Shown here: positions 31,285 to 42,039 of the stretch, piece by piece | Position numbering within the stretch: position 1 is the stretch's first letter | Layout of the letters: every line of letters starts with the position of its first letter | Source of the DNA: an uncultured Pelagibacteraceae bacterium | Lineage (GTDB): Bacteria; Pseudomonadota; Alphaproteobacteria; Pelagibacterales; Pelagibacteraceae | NCBI GenBank assembly: GCA_902554785.1 | Contig: CACDQG010000001.1 | Location: 45,246 to 109,245 of the forward strand | Reading direction: 5' to 3' | Length of the DNA stretch: 64,000 nucleotides | The notes under the pieces: generated by a model | The model's input: only the letters and a program-made list of their open reading frames with translations | The model's database searches: none | Told to the model about the DNA's origin: nothing | Translations under genes and position numbers: made by a program

Positions 31285-32568
31285 ATGATTCTTTTTTTAT
31301 ATAGAGTCCTTTCAACTGTACTTTATCCTTTTCTTTTGCTTTTAATTTTTATTAGAAAAATTCAAAAAAAAGAACACAATAAAAGATACAAAGAAAAAAT
31401 TTTTCCTTCCAAATTTAATATTATAAGAAAAAAAGATCTAAAACTTATTTGGTTTCATGCAGCAAGTATAGGAGAGATGAAAAGTATTTTTCCAATAATT
31501 AGAGAGTTAAATAAAAATTATAAACATTTTGAATTTTTAATTACAACCACAACGCTTAGCTCTGGAAATTTAGCTGAGATCGAGTTAAAAAAATTTAGTA
31601 ATGTACAACATAGATTTTTTCCTGTGGATGTTGAATTTATAGTAAAAATTTTTTTAAAAAATTGGAAACCAAATTTTATTTTTTTAGTTGACTCAGAAAT
31701 TTGGCCAAATTTAATCTTAAATGCAAAAAAAAATAAAATACCTATTGCTATTATTAATGCTAGAATTACCAAAAAAACTTCCGATCGATGGTTATCCTTT
31801 CCAAAAACTTCTAAATTAATTTTTAATAAAATAGATCTTTGCCTTTCATCAAATAAAGAAACAAATGAATTTTTCCTAAAATTTAATGAAAAAGTTTATA
31901 ACACTGGAAACATAAAACTTATTAGTGAAGTTACTCTTGATCATGAGATGAATTTAAATGAGAAAAAATTAAAATCTAAAAAATTTTGGATAGCTGCAAG
32001 TACACACAAAAATGAGGAACATTTTTGCTTGAACGCTCATCTTATTCTTAAAAAAAGGTTCAATAACTTAATTACTGTAATTGCTCCGAGACATATACAA
32101 AGAGTTCATGAGATAAAAAAGATTTGTGATAAATTTAATTTAGTATCACAGGTTTTAAATAAGGGAGATTTGATTCAAGATAGAAATGAAATAGTTATAA
32201 TAAATTCATTCGGAGCATTAAATTTATATTTTAAATTAGCCAAGAGTGTTTTTATTGGTAAATCTACTGTTCCGAAACTTAAATATCAAGGCGGACAAAA
32301 TCCAATTGATGCAGCAAATTTAGGTTGTAAAATTTATCATGGGCCTTATGTCTATAACTTTAAGGAGGTTTATGAGATCTTAAGAAAAAATCAAATTTCT
32401 GAAGAAATAGAAACCTATGAAGATTTGGCAAATAAAATTACAATAGATTTAACTGATAATATAAAAAATACAGAAAGATTTTATCAGACAATGAAAAATC
32501 TTAGAGAAAAAACTTTAAGTTTAACAATGAAGCATATTAATAGTTTTATAAATAATGCGAGTCTTTAA
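31285..32568 (+). CDS. waaA: 3-deoxy-D-manno-octulosonic acid transferase
   Basis: WFHAASIGE, SEIWPN, NAR, AASTH..EE, APRH and GGQNP motifs. Confidence 0.92.
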   Translation: MILFLYRVLSTVLYPFLLLLIFIRKIQKKEHNKRYKEKIFPSKFNIIRKKDLKLIWFHAASIGEMKSIFPIIRELNKNYKHFEFLITTTTLSSGNLAEIELKKFSNVQHRFFPVDVEFIVKIFLKNWKPNFIFLVDSEIWPNLILNAKKNKIPIAIINARITKKTSDRWLSFPKTSKLIFNKIDLCLSSNKETNEFFLKFNEKVYNTGNIKLISEVTLDHEMNLNEKKLKSKKFWIAASTHKNEEHFCLNAHLILKKRFNNLITVIAPRHIQRVHEIKKICDKFNLVSQVLNKGDLIQDRNEIVIINSFGALNLYFKLAKSVFIGKSTVPKLKYQGGQNPIDAANLGCKIYHGPYVYNFKEVYEILRKNQISEEIETYEDLANKITIDLTDNIKNTERFYQTMKNLREKTLSLTMKHINSFINNASL

Positions 32569-33496
32569 ACCAAAATTTTGGAATTCAAAATTTAATATTT
32601 TTTCAATAATATTGCTACCAATTAGCTTATTATTTTATATTTTAACAAAAATAAGAAAAGCTTTTTTAAGACCAACTGAATTTAAAATTCCAGTTATTTG
32701 TATTGGAAATATTTATCTTGGAGGAACAGGAAAAACACCTTTTTCCATATTTTGTGCAAATGAACTAAGCGCTAAAGGTAAAAGACCAGTTGTAATAAAG
32801 AAATTGTACAAAAGTCATTTTGACGAAAATCGTTTTATTCAAAATTACTTCAAAGATTTAATTGTAAAAAAAAATAGAGTTGAGGCAATATTTGAAGCTG
32901 AGAAACAAAAATTTGACAGTGTAATTTTAGATGATGGTTTTCAAGATTATAAAGTGAAAAAAGATTTAAATATTCTGTGTTTCCACAAAAATCAGTTAGT
33001 GGGAAATGGCTTTATTTTTCCTTCGGGGCCTTTAAGAGAAAGTTTAAATAATATTAAAAATGCAGAAATAGTAATCATAAATGGTGGACGCTCTGAGATG
33101 TTTGAAAAAAAAGTTTTTGAAATTAATAGAGATATTGATTTATTTTATTCTGACTATAGACCATTAAATATTGAAAGTTTTAAAAACAAAGAGATTCTTG
33201 CATTTGCTGGTATTGGAAGTCCTGAAAATTTCTTTAAGCTATTAGAGTTGAATGACATAAAAATCCAAAAAAAAATATCTTTTCCAGATCACTATAATTT
33301 TAAAAAGAGAGAGATATTGGAAATTATTGATTACGCAAACAAACATGATTTAGAAGTCTTAACTACGGAGAAAGATTATTATAGAATTAAAGATTTCTCA
33401 GTTAATAATATAAATTATTTAAAATTAAAACTAGAGATTAAAGATAAGGAAAAATTAATTCAAAAAATATTAAGAGTTTATGATAAAAAAATTTAA
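32555..33496 (+). CDS. lpxK: Tetraacyldisaccharide 4'-kinase
   Basis: GNI..GGTGKTP, DDGFQ, PSGPLRE, FPDH and TTEKD motifs. Confidence 0.93.
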   Translation: MRVFKPKFWNSKFNIFSIILLPISLLFYILTKIRKAFLRPTEFKIPVICIGNIYLGGTGKTPFSIFCANELSAKGKRPVVIKKLYKSHFDENRFIQNYFKDLIVKKNRVEAIFEAEKQKFDSVILDDGFQDYKVKKDLNILCFHKNQLVGNGFIFPSGPLRESLNNIKNAEIVIINGGRSEMFEKKVFEINRDIDLFYSDYRPLNIESFKNKEILAFAGIGSPENFFKLLELNDIKIQKKISFPDHYNFKKREILEIIDYANKHDLEVLTTEKDYYRIKDFSVNNINYLKLKLEIKDKEKLIQKILRVYDKKI

Positions 33497-34337
33497 CTAT
33501 CTTATTCAAGCTGTTTTAATATCAATATTTTTTATTCTAGCTCGTTTAATTGGATTAAGATTAAGTAGAAAATTATTTTCAGCAATATTTATCAACGTAG
33601 CACCGATATTTAAATCAAAAAAAATAATTAATAAAAATTTAGAAATTCTATCAAAAAAAAATCCAGTTTTAGATAAAGAAAGAATTATATCAAATATGTG
33701 GAGTAATTATGGAATGACTTTTGTCGAGTATATTTTCTTAAATCAATTTAGAAAAAATAACTCCCAAATTGAAATTGAGGGTGAAAAAAATTTAGAAAAT
33801 TTAATATCAAAATACAAGAAAGTAATCTTTGTTTCAGGTCACTTTGCAAATTATGAGCTTATGTCGATGGAGATTACTAGAAAAAAAATCAAACTTGCAA
33901 CTATTTATAGACCACTAAATAATTTTTTTTTAAACCCTTTGATGGAATTTTTAAGAAGAAGATATGTTTGTAAATTTCAAATTAAAAAAGGTATAAGAGG
34001 TGTGAGAGAGTCAATTGAATATTTGAAAAAAGATTTTAGTATAGCATTAATGATTGATCAAAGAGTTAGCGAAGGTGAAAAGATAAATTTTTTTGATAGG
34101 CCGGCCTTTACTACGACTCTTCCTGCACAATTAGCTATAAAATTTAACCTTCCAATTGTACCTGTTTACATAGAAAGAAAAATTAATAATAATTTTCGTA
34201 TAAAGTTTTTTAAAGAGTTGAACCCATTAAATTTTAAAAATAAATTAGAAATTACTAATAGGCTTAATTTAATTTTAGAAGAAATGGTTTTGAGAAATCC
34301 CAGTCAATGGATTTGGACGCATAATAGATGGAAATAG
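33480..34337 (+). CDS. lpxL: Lipid A late acyltransferase (LpxL/HtrB family)
   Basis: H..NYE, YRP..N, DQ and P.QW.W.H.RW motifs. Confidence 0.85.
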   Translation: MIKKFNYLIQAVLISIFFILARLIGLRLSRKLFSAIFINVAPIFKSKKIINKNLEILSKKNPVLDKERIISNMWSNYGMTFVEYIFLNQFRKNNSQIEIEGEKNLENLISKYKKVIFVSGHFANYELMSMEITRKKIKLATIYRPLNNFFLNPLMEFLRRRYVCKFQIKKGIRGVRESIEYLKKDFSIALMIDQRVSEGEKINFFDRPAFTTTLPAQLAIKFNLPIVPVYIERKINNNFRIKFFKELNPLNFKNKLEITNRLNLILEEMVLRNPSQWIWTHNRWK

Positions 34338-34338
34338 A

Positions 34339-34536
34339 TTATTTTTTATCAAGTATTTCTTTTCTCTTTTTAACTTCTTCAGGCGAAAAATATGCTTCTT
34401 GTAGATCTACATTCCAATAGTTTAGTTCTTGTAAGTAAATTTTTTTTCCAGAAATAGCACATAAAACATAATCTCCTTCTTCTAAAATATCAAAAGAGTT
34501 GTGTTTAAAAAAAAGTTTAGCTTTTTTTTTATTCAT
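34339..34536 (-). CDS. DUF2093-family protein
   Basis: G.YV.CA.SG..I.L..L.YW.V..QEAY motif; ATG at 34536. Confidence 0.8.
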   Translation of the reverse strand: MNKKKAKLFFKHNSFDILEEGDYVLCAISGKKIYLQELNYWNVDLQEAYFSPEEVKKRKEILDKK

Positions 34537-34564
34537 CAATAAATTATACAATATTAAATCTATC

Positions 34565-35839
34565 ATGAATATTGGATTAATAGGAAGTGGCGGTAGAGAG
34601 CACGCATTGTGTCAAAAAATCTACGACTCTAAATTTTCAAAAAAAATAGTGTGTATACCCGGTAACGCTGGAACATCAAAAATTGCGGAAAATGTTGATG
34701 TTGACATCAAAAATTTTAAAAAATTATATAATATTATAAAATTAAAAAAAATTGATTTAGTTGTAGTAGGCCCCGAAGAGCCTTTGGTTAATGGGTTGGT
34801 TGATTTTTTATCAAAAAAGAAAATAAAGGTTTTTGGTCCAAATAAATTTGCATCTAAACTTGAGGGATCGAAAGCTTTTATGAAAAAATTATGTAAGGAA
34901 AATAATATTCCAACGGCAAATTTCAAAGTTTGTAAAAATAAAAAACAAGTAATTAATTTTATAAATAACAACAAACTTCCTTTAGTCGTTAAGGCTGATG
35001 GTTTAGCAGCTGGAAAAGGGGTTACAATTTGTAACACTAGAAAAAAAGTAATAAATATTTCAGAGGAAATCTTTAAAGGAAAGTTTAAATCCTCAAAAAA
35101 ATTGGTCCTAGAGGAGTATTTGGAAGGAGAAGAGGCCAGTTTTTTTTTAATTGTAGATAAAAAAAGCTACAAATTTTTCGGAACCGCGCAAGATCATAAG
35201 CGTGTCAAAGAAAATGATCTTGGTCCGAACACAGGCGGAATGGGAGCATACTCTCCTGCTAATATTGTAAATAAACTTATTAAAAAAAAAATTATAAGTA
35301 GAATAGTTAAACCAACTCTTCACGCACTTAAAAAAAAAAATAACCCTTACAGAGGATTTTTATATATTGGTTTAATGATTAAAAATAATAACCCATATCT
35401 AATTGAATTCAATGTAAGAATGGGAGACCCTGAATGTCAAGTTATCTTGCCAAGATTAAAATCGGATATAGTAAAAATTTTTTATAATGCAGTAAATAAC
35501 AATTTGAAAAAAACTAAAATCGAATGGAAAAAAAATAAGAGTATGACAGTAGTCCTTTGCGCAAAAGGTTACCCGGGTAATTATAAAAGAAATATTATTA
35601 TTAAAAACTTAAATAAGATTAAACTAGAAAAAAGTGATTATATATTTCACGCTGGAACAAAAATAAAAGATAATAAAATTGTTTCTAGCGGTGGAAGAGT
35701 TTTAAATTTTTCCTCATCTGGTAATAGTTTTCAAAAAATAAGAAAAAAAATTATTAAACTTTTAAAGAAATTAAATTGGAAAAGCGGTTTTTTTAGAAAA
35801 GATATAGGATGGAAAGTTATTAAGAATGAGAATAATTAG
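34565..35839 (+). CDS. purD: Phosphoribosylamine-glycine ligase
   Basis: GSGGREHAL, GPE.PL..G, KADGLAAGKGV, QDHKR and GPNTGGMG motifs; ATG at 34565. Confidence 0.96.
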   Translation: MNIGLIGSGGREHALCQKIYDSKFSKKIVCIPGNAGTSKIAENVDVDIKNFKKLYNIIKLKKIDLVVVGPEEPLVNGLVDFLSKKKIKVFGPNKFASKLEGSKAFMKKLCKENNIPTANFKVCKNKKQVINFINNNKLPLVVKADGLAAGKGVTICNTRKKVINISEEIFKGKFKSSKKLVLEEYLEGEEASFFLIVDKKSYKFFGTAQDHKRVKENDLGPNTGGMGAYSPANIVNKLIKKKIISRIVKPTLHALKKKNNPYRGFLYIGLMIKNNNPYLIEFNVRMGDPECQVILPRLKSDIVKIFYNAVNNNLKKTKIEWKKNKSMTVVLCAKGYPGNYKRNIIIKNLNKIKLEKSDYIFHAGTKIKDNKIVSSGGRVLNFSSSGNSFQKIRKKIIKLLKKLNWKSGFFRKDIGWKVIKNENN

Positions 35840-36386
35840 TGGCATATTTAAAGGGAAGAAGATAGATTTTCTTAGTTCGGCAACTACAAGACCTCTTAAA
35901 GACTCAGTAAAAGAAAATATCTTTAATATTTTAGCCCATTCAAATTTTATTAGAGTGAAAGTAGAATATGCTAAGGTTTTAGATCTATATTCCGGAATTG
36001 GATCTTTTGGTTTAGAATGTCTGTCACGTAAGGCAAGAAAAGTAACTTTTGTGGAACAAGATAACAAAGCCTTAAGTGTACTAAAAAAAAATTTAAAATA
36101 TCTTCACTTAAATTCCAGATTCGAAATAGTCAAAGAAAATGTTGAAAAATTTGTTCAAATAAGCATTTCAGAAAAATATACGATTTTTTTTTTTGACCCT
36201 CCTTTTTCAGACAATCGACTATTAAAAATATTAATAAGAATTAAAGAAAATAAAGCTTACGAAAAAAATCATATTATTATTATTCATAGAGAGAAAAAAT
36301 CAAAAGATGACTTTAATTCAATTTTAAAAAATAAATTTGAAAAAAGTTATGGTCGTTCAAAGATAATTTTTGGTACTTTTACTTAA
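35826..36386 (+). CDS. rsmD: 16S rRNA m2G966 methyltransferase
   Basis: MRIISG..KG, TRP, LDLYSG.GS.G.E..SR and DPPF motifs. Confidence 0.92.
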   Translation: MRIISGIFKGKKIDFLSSATTRPLKDSVKENIFNILAHSNFIRVKVEYAKVLDLYSGIGSFGLECLSRKARKVTFVEQDNKALSVLKKNLKYLHLNSRFEIVKENVEKFVQISISEKYTIFFFDPPFSDNRLLKILIRIKENKAYEKNHIIIIHREKKSKDDFNSILKNKFEKSYGRSKIIFGTFT

Positions 36387-37595
36387 GATTTTTTTGGTTA
36401 AAACTTTAATTTCCTCAACGGCTGGTTGATCAAATGGATTGATATTTGTAAGTTTGCCAATAATAGCAGTTTCTAAAATATAGTATGCAAATAATTCCCC
36501 AATGGTCTCTTCATTTGATTTTTTTACTATAAACTCTCTAAAAGGAATTCTGTTTTTTTTCAAAACATTAAGCATTGCATCTTTTTGAGACTTTTTAATA
36601 CTACTCAATGTTTTGTTTTTTAAATAACCCATTTCTTTTTTAAATTTTTTAACATTAAGCTTTATATTTGATTTCTCCTCTAAACTAAAAATTATAAACA
36701 TTTTATCTTTTGGGCCAGCTAAATATAATTGAAGTAAACTATGATGGTCTTTCGGTGAATTAGATACTATTGGAAAGAATCCCTTTCCTTTTTTTCCCAA
36801 GCTTTCAGAAATCAGCTGTTGACACCAATAAAGAAATTTCTCTAGCCTTGGTGAATAATTTAGAAAAACTAAGTTAGGATATTTTTTTTGTAAAAGAAAG
36901 TTTGCTAGCAATAAAGAGCTCTCTTTTAAAAAAGACTTTTTTTTTGTATTTAGATAAATTTTTATGTTTTGCCTAAATTTTTTTATATTTAAGCCCATTA
37001 AATATGCTGGAACCATCCCGACTTCAGATAAAACTGAATATCGTCCTCCAATAAAATCTTTATGCTCAATATAAAATAAATTAAATTTTTTAGCTAAAGA
37101 AAATAAAATATTATTTTTTTTTTCTGAAATTATAATGATATTTTTAGAATTTTTTTTAATAATATTAAAAAATATTAGATTAGATAATGTTTCTAATGTA
37201 TGGCCAGACTTGGAGATAATTAAAAAAAGAGTTTTATCAAAATTTTTTGTATTCTTAAACTCTAATGATTTTTTTTCATCTAAATTATCAAAAAAGTAAA
37301 TTTTTTTTTTTACTTTATTTGCCATAAATTGGTGGATACCTTCAGCGCCGAGTATTGATCCCCCCATTCCAATAATTACAATCGAATTGAATTTTTTAAA
37401 ATTGTAAAGATCTTTAATGTGAAAATTAAGTTTAAACTTTTTGCTTAATGAATGAAATACGTCTTTTGAGTGATCAGAGTTTTTTTTAATATTTAAAAAA
37501 ATCTTATTAAAATTTTTGTTAAGTTTTTTGTTAATCTTTTTGTTTAGATAATTTTGAGGAATAAAATTTTTATGATAAATATTTTTTGAAATCAC
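36357..37595 (-). CDS. pgi: Glucose-6-phosphate isomerase (short form)
   Basis: IGMGGS, SKSG.T.ET, GGRYS, QL..ES.GK, D.HS and NPFDQP.VE..K motifs. Confidence 0.85.
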   Translation of the reverse strand: MISKNIYHKNFIPQNYLNKKINKKLNKNFNKIFLNIKKNSDHSKDVFHSLSKKFKLNFHIKDLYNFKKFNSIVIIGMGGSILGAEGIHQFMANKVKKKIYFFDNLDEKKSLEFKNTKNFDKTLFLIISKSGHTLETLSNLIFFNIIKKNSKNIIIISEKKNNILFSLAKKFNLFYIEHKDFIGGRYSVLSEVGMVPAYLMGLNIKKFRQNIKIYLNTKKKSFLKESSLLLANFLLQKKYPNLVFLNYSPRLEKFLYWCQQLISESLGKKGKGFFPIVSNSPKDHHSLLQLYLAGPKDKMFIIFSLEEKSNIKLNVKKFKKEMGYLKNKTLSSIKKSQKDAMLNVLKKNRIPFREFIVKKSNEETIGELFAYYILETAIIGKLTNINPFDQPAVEEIKVLTKKILSKSTKNYL

Positions 37596-37900
37596 TTACG
37601 TATTTTGTTTAAGATTGACTGTTCAACTGAGGAGGATTTATTATTAACAGATTTTTCCTCATCAGGCCCTTTTAGAATATTTTTTATTTTTTGTTTCTCA
37701 CCTGCCTCTCGCTGCTCCATAGAATCTGGTTGCGGCATTTTATTATAATCTGGAGGCAAAACTAAAGGCTCTTTTTTTTTTACAAGAAATTCATCTGTTG
37801 TATTGACTTTCTCGTTTCTCATAACCTTTCCTGCCTCTTGCATACTCGTACAAGAAGTTAGTAATAAATACAAAAAAATTATTAAAATACTTTCTTTCAT
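37592..37900 (-). CDS. DUF3035-family lipoprotein
   Basis: Lipobox LLTSC; DEF.V.K..PL..PP motif; follows lspA. Confidence 0.8.
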   Translation of the reverse strand: MKESILIIFLYLLLTSCTSMQEAGKVMRNEKVNTTDEFLVKKKEPLVLPPDYNKMPQPDSMEQREAGEKQKIKNILKGPDEEKSVNNKSSSVEQSILNKIRK

Positions 37901-38388
37901 TTTTTAATTAGAGCCTCTTTAACTAAATAAATTATAATTCCAAATGTAATAAATATATCAGCTACGTTAAATGTAAACCAATGAAAATTCCCATAGTGAA
38001 TATCAATAAAGTCAGGTACAGCTTTATATGTAATTCTATCATAAAAATTTCCAAAAGCACCGCCTGCAATTAAAGCAAAAATGACTTTTTCAAATTTTTT
38101 AGAATATAAACTTACAAAGATTAAAATTAAAATAACTATACCAATCAAAAATGATATTAAATTATAAACAAAACTCGACTCTACTTGTAATAATCCAAAG
38201 CCAATACCTGTATTCCAAACTAAATCAAAATTCATATAATTATTTAAATAATATGAATTTTCAGTGAAATTATTTAATATGAATAATTTTGTATATCTAT
38301 CTAAAAAGAATATTATTGAAATAATACACAAACAATAGAGATTATTTTTTGTAATAATTTTATTTTTTATTTCTTTAAGATCAATCAA
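37897..38388 (-). CDS. lspA: Lipoprotein signal peptidase
   Basis: N.G..FG, GA.GN..DR, V.DF and FNVAD motifs. Confidence 0.94.
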   Translation of the reverse strand: MIDLKEIKNKIITKNNLYCLCIISIIFFLDRYTKLFILNNFTENSYYLNNYMNFDLVWNTGIGFGLLQVESSFVYNLISFLIGIVILILIFVSLYSKKFEKVIFALIAGGAFGNFYDRITYKAVPDFIDIHYGNFHWFTFNVADIFITFGIIIYLVKEALIKK

Positions 38389-38400
38389 AATATTGACTTT

Positions 38401-41130
38401 CTAAATTATTGGACAACTTTCTCTTTGGCATTTTTTTTCTAGAATTTTCCAACATCTTTCACATTTTATTCCTTTGGCCTTTTTCACCTCAATCTTAATT
38501 TCATCATTATTTGATAATTCCTTTTCAGCTTTTGAAACTATAAAGTAATCAGATAAGTCTAAATTGTTGAGGAGTTCGAATTGATCTTTCTTTAATATAA
38601 GTCTAATTTCAGCCTCTAAGCTTGATCCTATTTCTTTGTTAGCTCTCTTCTCCTCGATCGCAATATTTGCATCTTGTTTTATTTTAAATAATTTCAACCA
38701 TTTTTCATTTAGCTTATCATTTTCCCAACTTGATGGAATTTTTACAAAATGAGCTTCATGTATACTTTCATCACTATTTTTATTTAATAAGCTAAAAATT
38801 TCCTCAGTGGTAAAAACTAGAATTGGAGCAAACCATTTTAATAAACTTTCTAAAATTATATTTAAAACGATTACACAATTTTTTCTTTTTTTTGAGTTCA
38901 AGCTATCGCAGTAAAGAACGTCTTTTCTGATATCAAAATAGAAAGAAGAAAGGTCAAGTGTGCAAAAATTTAAAAGTTCTTTATATAGTTTATGAAAATT
39001 GTAATTTTTCAAATTTTCATTAAAAGATTTATTTATTGAAAATAACTTATGTAAAATAAATTGTTCCAATTCATCTAATTCGCTAAGGTTAACTTTCTCA
39101 AAATTTTGTTTTTCAAAATTATCTTTTAAGTTTCCCAGCATAAATCTAAAGGTATTTCTTATTTTTCTATAAGACTCTGCATGCTGTATTAAAATATTTT
39201 TATCTATTCTTAAATCTTCTGCATAATCAGATGCTGAAGCCCATACTCTAAGTATGTCTGCGCCATAATTTTTTAAAATATCTTCTGGAGAGATAACGTT
39301 ACCCATAGATTTAGACATTTTCATACCTTTGCCATCTACAACGAAACCATGTGAGAGAATACTTTTAAATGGTGCTTTTCCTCTAGTTCCGCACGACTCT
39401 AGTAAAGAAGAATGAAACCAACCCCTATGTTGATCGGATCCCTCCAAATACATATCTGCAGGCCATTTTAAATCTTTTCTTTTTTCTAAAACAAAACTGT
39501 GTGTCGAGCCGCTATCAAACCATACCTCAACAATATCATTAAGTTTTTCATAATCATTGGCATCATAGTCATCACCTAAAAAAATTTTTGCATCATCTGT
39601 AAACCAACAATCGGAGCCTTGCTTTTCATAGATAGAGGCAATTCTATCTATAATTTTTTGATCTCTTAACGGCTCTTTTGTTTTTTTATTTATAAAAATT
39701 GGTAATGGTACTCCCCAGACTCTTTGTCTTGAAACACACCAATCTGGCCTTCCCTCGATCATTGATAAAAGTCTATCTTTTCCCTTGTTCGGATAGAAGA
39801 CAGTCTCATTTATAGCTTTAACAGCTTTATCTCTTAATTTATTTTTTTGCATAGAAATGAACCATTGAGGTGTTGCTCTATAAATTAATGGAGCCTTAGA
39901 TCTCCAAGAATGAGGGTAGCTATGATTAAGTTTATCAGATTTAAGCAATTTATTTTGCTCTTTTAATTTTTCTATAACTATCGGGTCAGCTTTAAATACA
40001 TGTGTATTTGTAAAATATGGGACCTCTTTAGTATAAACACCAGCGTTATCAACTGTGTAAAGTGATGGTATATTGTTTTTTAAACACAAATTAAAATCAT
40101 CCGGACCGTGACTTGGAGCACAATGAACAATTCCTGTTCCTTGTTCTAAATTTACAAATTGAGCATCTAACATTGGAACATTATAGTCGAAATCCAGTTT
40201 GAGAAATGGATGGCTACATATTGTTCCTGTAAATTCTGAACCTTTAAAAGTCTTTAATTCTTTATAACTTTTGATTTCACATGCTTTAGTTATTGACTCA
40301 ATTAAATTTTTTGCAACAACTATTCTCTTATCTTTAAAATGTTCAAGATTATCAATTTCTAGTATTGTGTATTCAATATTACTATTAAAAGCTAATGCTT
40401 TGTTGGCAGGTATAGTCCATGGCGTAGTCGTCCAAATTATTACACTTGTATCTTTAAGAAAGTCTTTATTTGTCTCTTTAACTTTAAATGCAACATAGAT
40501 CGTATTAGAAGTGTGATCTAAATATTCTACTTCTGCATCAGCTAAAGCAGTTTTTTCAACAGTAGACCAAAGAACTGGTTTAAAACCTTGATATAAACTT
40601 CCATCTAAAAGAAATTTACCTAATTCTCTTACAATTTGAGCCTCTGCTTCGTAACTCATTGTGGAATAATAATTTTCGAAATCTCCGACTACTCCCAATC
40701 GTTTAAATTCTTTGATATGAACATCAATCCAGCTTTTTGCGAATTCCCTGCATTCTTGTCTAAAATCTTTAATAGGTACTTCGTCTTTATTTTTTTTCTT
40801 TTTTTTATACTGTTCTTCAATCTTCCATTCTATTGGAAGTCCATGACAATCCCAGCCAGGAACGTAAACTGAGTCCTTGCCATTCATTTGATGAAAGCGA
40901 GTAATCATATCTTTTAAAATTTTATTCAACGCAGTACCCATATGTATATGGCCATTCGCATAAGGTGGACCGTCATGAAGTATAAATTTTTCTTTTCCCT
41001 TAGACTTTTTTCTTAACTTTTCAAAAATTTTATTTTTTTCCCATTTCTTCAAAATTTCAGGTTCTTTTAACGGCAAACTAGCCTTCATCGAGAAAGCTGT
41101 CTTGGGAAGTTGTAAAGTATCTTTCGACAT
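38401..41130 (-). CDS. ileS: Isoleucine--tRNA ligase (type 1)
   Basis: HDGPPYANG, GWDCHGLP, WTTTPWT, EGSDQHRGWF and KMSKS motifs; C-terminal C..C. Confidence 0.97.
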   Translation of the reverse strand: MSKDTLQLPKTAFSMKASLPLKEPEILKKWEKNKIFEKLRKKSKGKEKFILHDGPPYANGHIHMGTALNKILKDMITRFHQMNGKDSVYVPGWDCHGLPIEWKIEEQYKKKKKNKDEVPIKDFRQECREFAKSWIDVHIKEFKRLGVVGDFENYYSTMSYEAEAQIVRELGKFLLDGSLYQGFKPVLWSTVEKTALADAEVEYLDHTSNTIYVAFKVKETNKDFLKDTSVIIWTTTPWTIPANKALAFNSNIEYTILEIDNLEHFKDKRIVVAKNLIESITKACEIKSYKELKTFKGSEFTGTICSHPFLKLDFDYNVPMLDAQFVNLEQGTGIVHCAPSHGPDDFNLCLKNNIPSLYTVDNAGVYTKEVPYFTNTHVFKADPIVIEKLKEQNKLLKSDKLNHSYPHSWRSKAPLIYRATPQWFISMQKNKLRDKAVKAINETVFYPNKGKDRLLSMIEGRPDWCVSRQRVWGVPLPIFINKKTKEPLRDQKIIDRIASIYEKQGSDCWFTDDAKIFLGDDYDANDYEKLNDIVEVWFDSGSTHSFVLEKRKDLKWPADMYLEGSDQHRGWFHSSLLESCGTRGKAPFKSILSHGFVVDGKGMKMSKSMGNVISPEDILKNYGADILRVWASASDYAEDLRIDKNILIQHAESYRKIRNTFRFMLGNLKDNFEKQNFEKVNLSELDELEQFILHKLFSINKSFNENLKNYNFHKLYKELLNFCTLDLSSFYFDIRKDVLYCDSLNSKKRKNCVIVLNIILESLLKWFAPILVFTTEEIFSLLNKNSDESIHEAHFVKIPSSWENDKLNEKWLKLFKIKQDANIAIEEKRANKEIGSSLEAEIRLILKKDQFELLNNLDLSDYFIVSKAEKELSNNDEIKIEVKKAKGIKCERCWKILEKKCQRESCPII

Positions 41131-42038
41131 TATTTGCTTGCCTGTTTTATATCAAGTTTGATTTGTTTTTTTAAATATTTCAAATTTCTAAATTTCTTTT
41201 CTGGTCTTATAAATTTTTTAAAGTTTATACCTATCACTTTATTATATAAATTTTTATTAATTCCAAAGATATTTGTCTCTAATAATAATTTTTGTCCATT
41301 AAAAGTAGGTCTATAACCTACATTTGCTATACCATTTTTGTAAAAATTATTACTTTTAACTTTAACAGCGTAAACTCCACGCTTTGGGACAACGTAATCA
41401 TTTAATTTTAGATTACACGTTGGAAAGCCAATTTTACGTCCTCTTCTCTGTCCTTTAATTACTTTTCCAATAACACACCAACTACGACCTAATAATCTAT
41501 TTACTTCTTCGATTTTTCCCAATCTTATTTTTTTTCTTATAAAAGTAGATGAAATCGTTTTGTTATTTTTTTTAAATGGTTGAGTTACAATATTTTTAAA
41601 GTTGTATTTTTTTTCAAATTTTTTAAGCGTTGAGATATTACCTTGTCTTTTAAAACCAAACTTAAAATTTTTACTGACGTATAAATATTTACATTTAGTT
41701 TTTTTAAAAATTATCTTTTTAATAAACTGTTCTGGTGATTGAGACGAAAATTTTTTATTAAATTTTATTATAATTAAAAAATCTAATTTAAATTTTTTAA
41801 GGTGAATCTTTTTTTGCTCTAAAGAATTAATTCTGTGATTTTTAATTTTTTTATTAAAAAACATTACAGGCACTGGCTCAAAAGTCATAACTCCAAAAGG
41901 TAATTTGTTTTTTTTTGCTTTTCGCTTACCTTCATTTATAACTTTTTGATGGCCTAAATGTAATCCATCAAAATTTCCAATAGCAATCACACCGTTACAA
42001 TGTTTTAAATTTAAATTTGGATTTTTGTAAATTTTCAT
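41130..42038 (-). CDS. ribF: Bifunctional riboflavin kinase / FAD synthetase
   Basis: GNFDG.H.GH, ISST.IR, GR..GFPT.N and G.RPT motifs. Confidence 0.95.
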   Translation of the reverse strand: MKIYKNPNLNLKHCNGVIAIGNFDGLHLGHQKVINEGKRKAKKNKLPFGVMTFEPVPVMFFNKKIKNHRINSLEQKKIHLKKFKLDFLIIIKFNKKFSSQSPEQFIKKIIFKKTKCKYLYVSKNFKFGFKRQGNISTLKKFEKKYNFKNIVTQPFKKNNKTISSTFIRKKIRLGKIEEVNRLLGRSWCVIGKVIKGQRRGRKIGFPTCNLKLNDYVVPKRGVYAVKVKSNNFYKNGIANVGYRPTFNGQKLLLETNIFGINKNLYNKVIGINFKKFIRPEKKFRNLKYLKKQIKLDIKQASK

Positions 42039-42039
42039 T

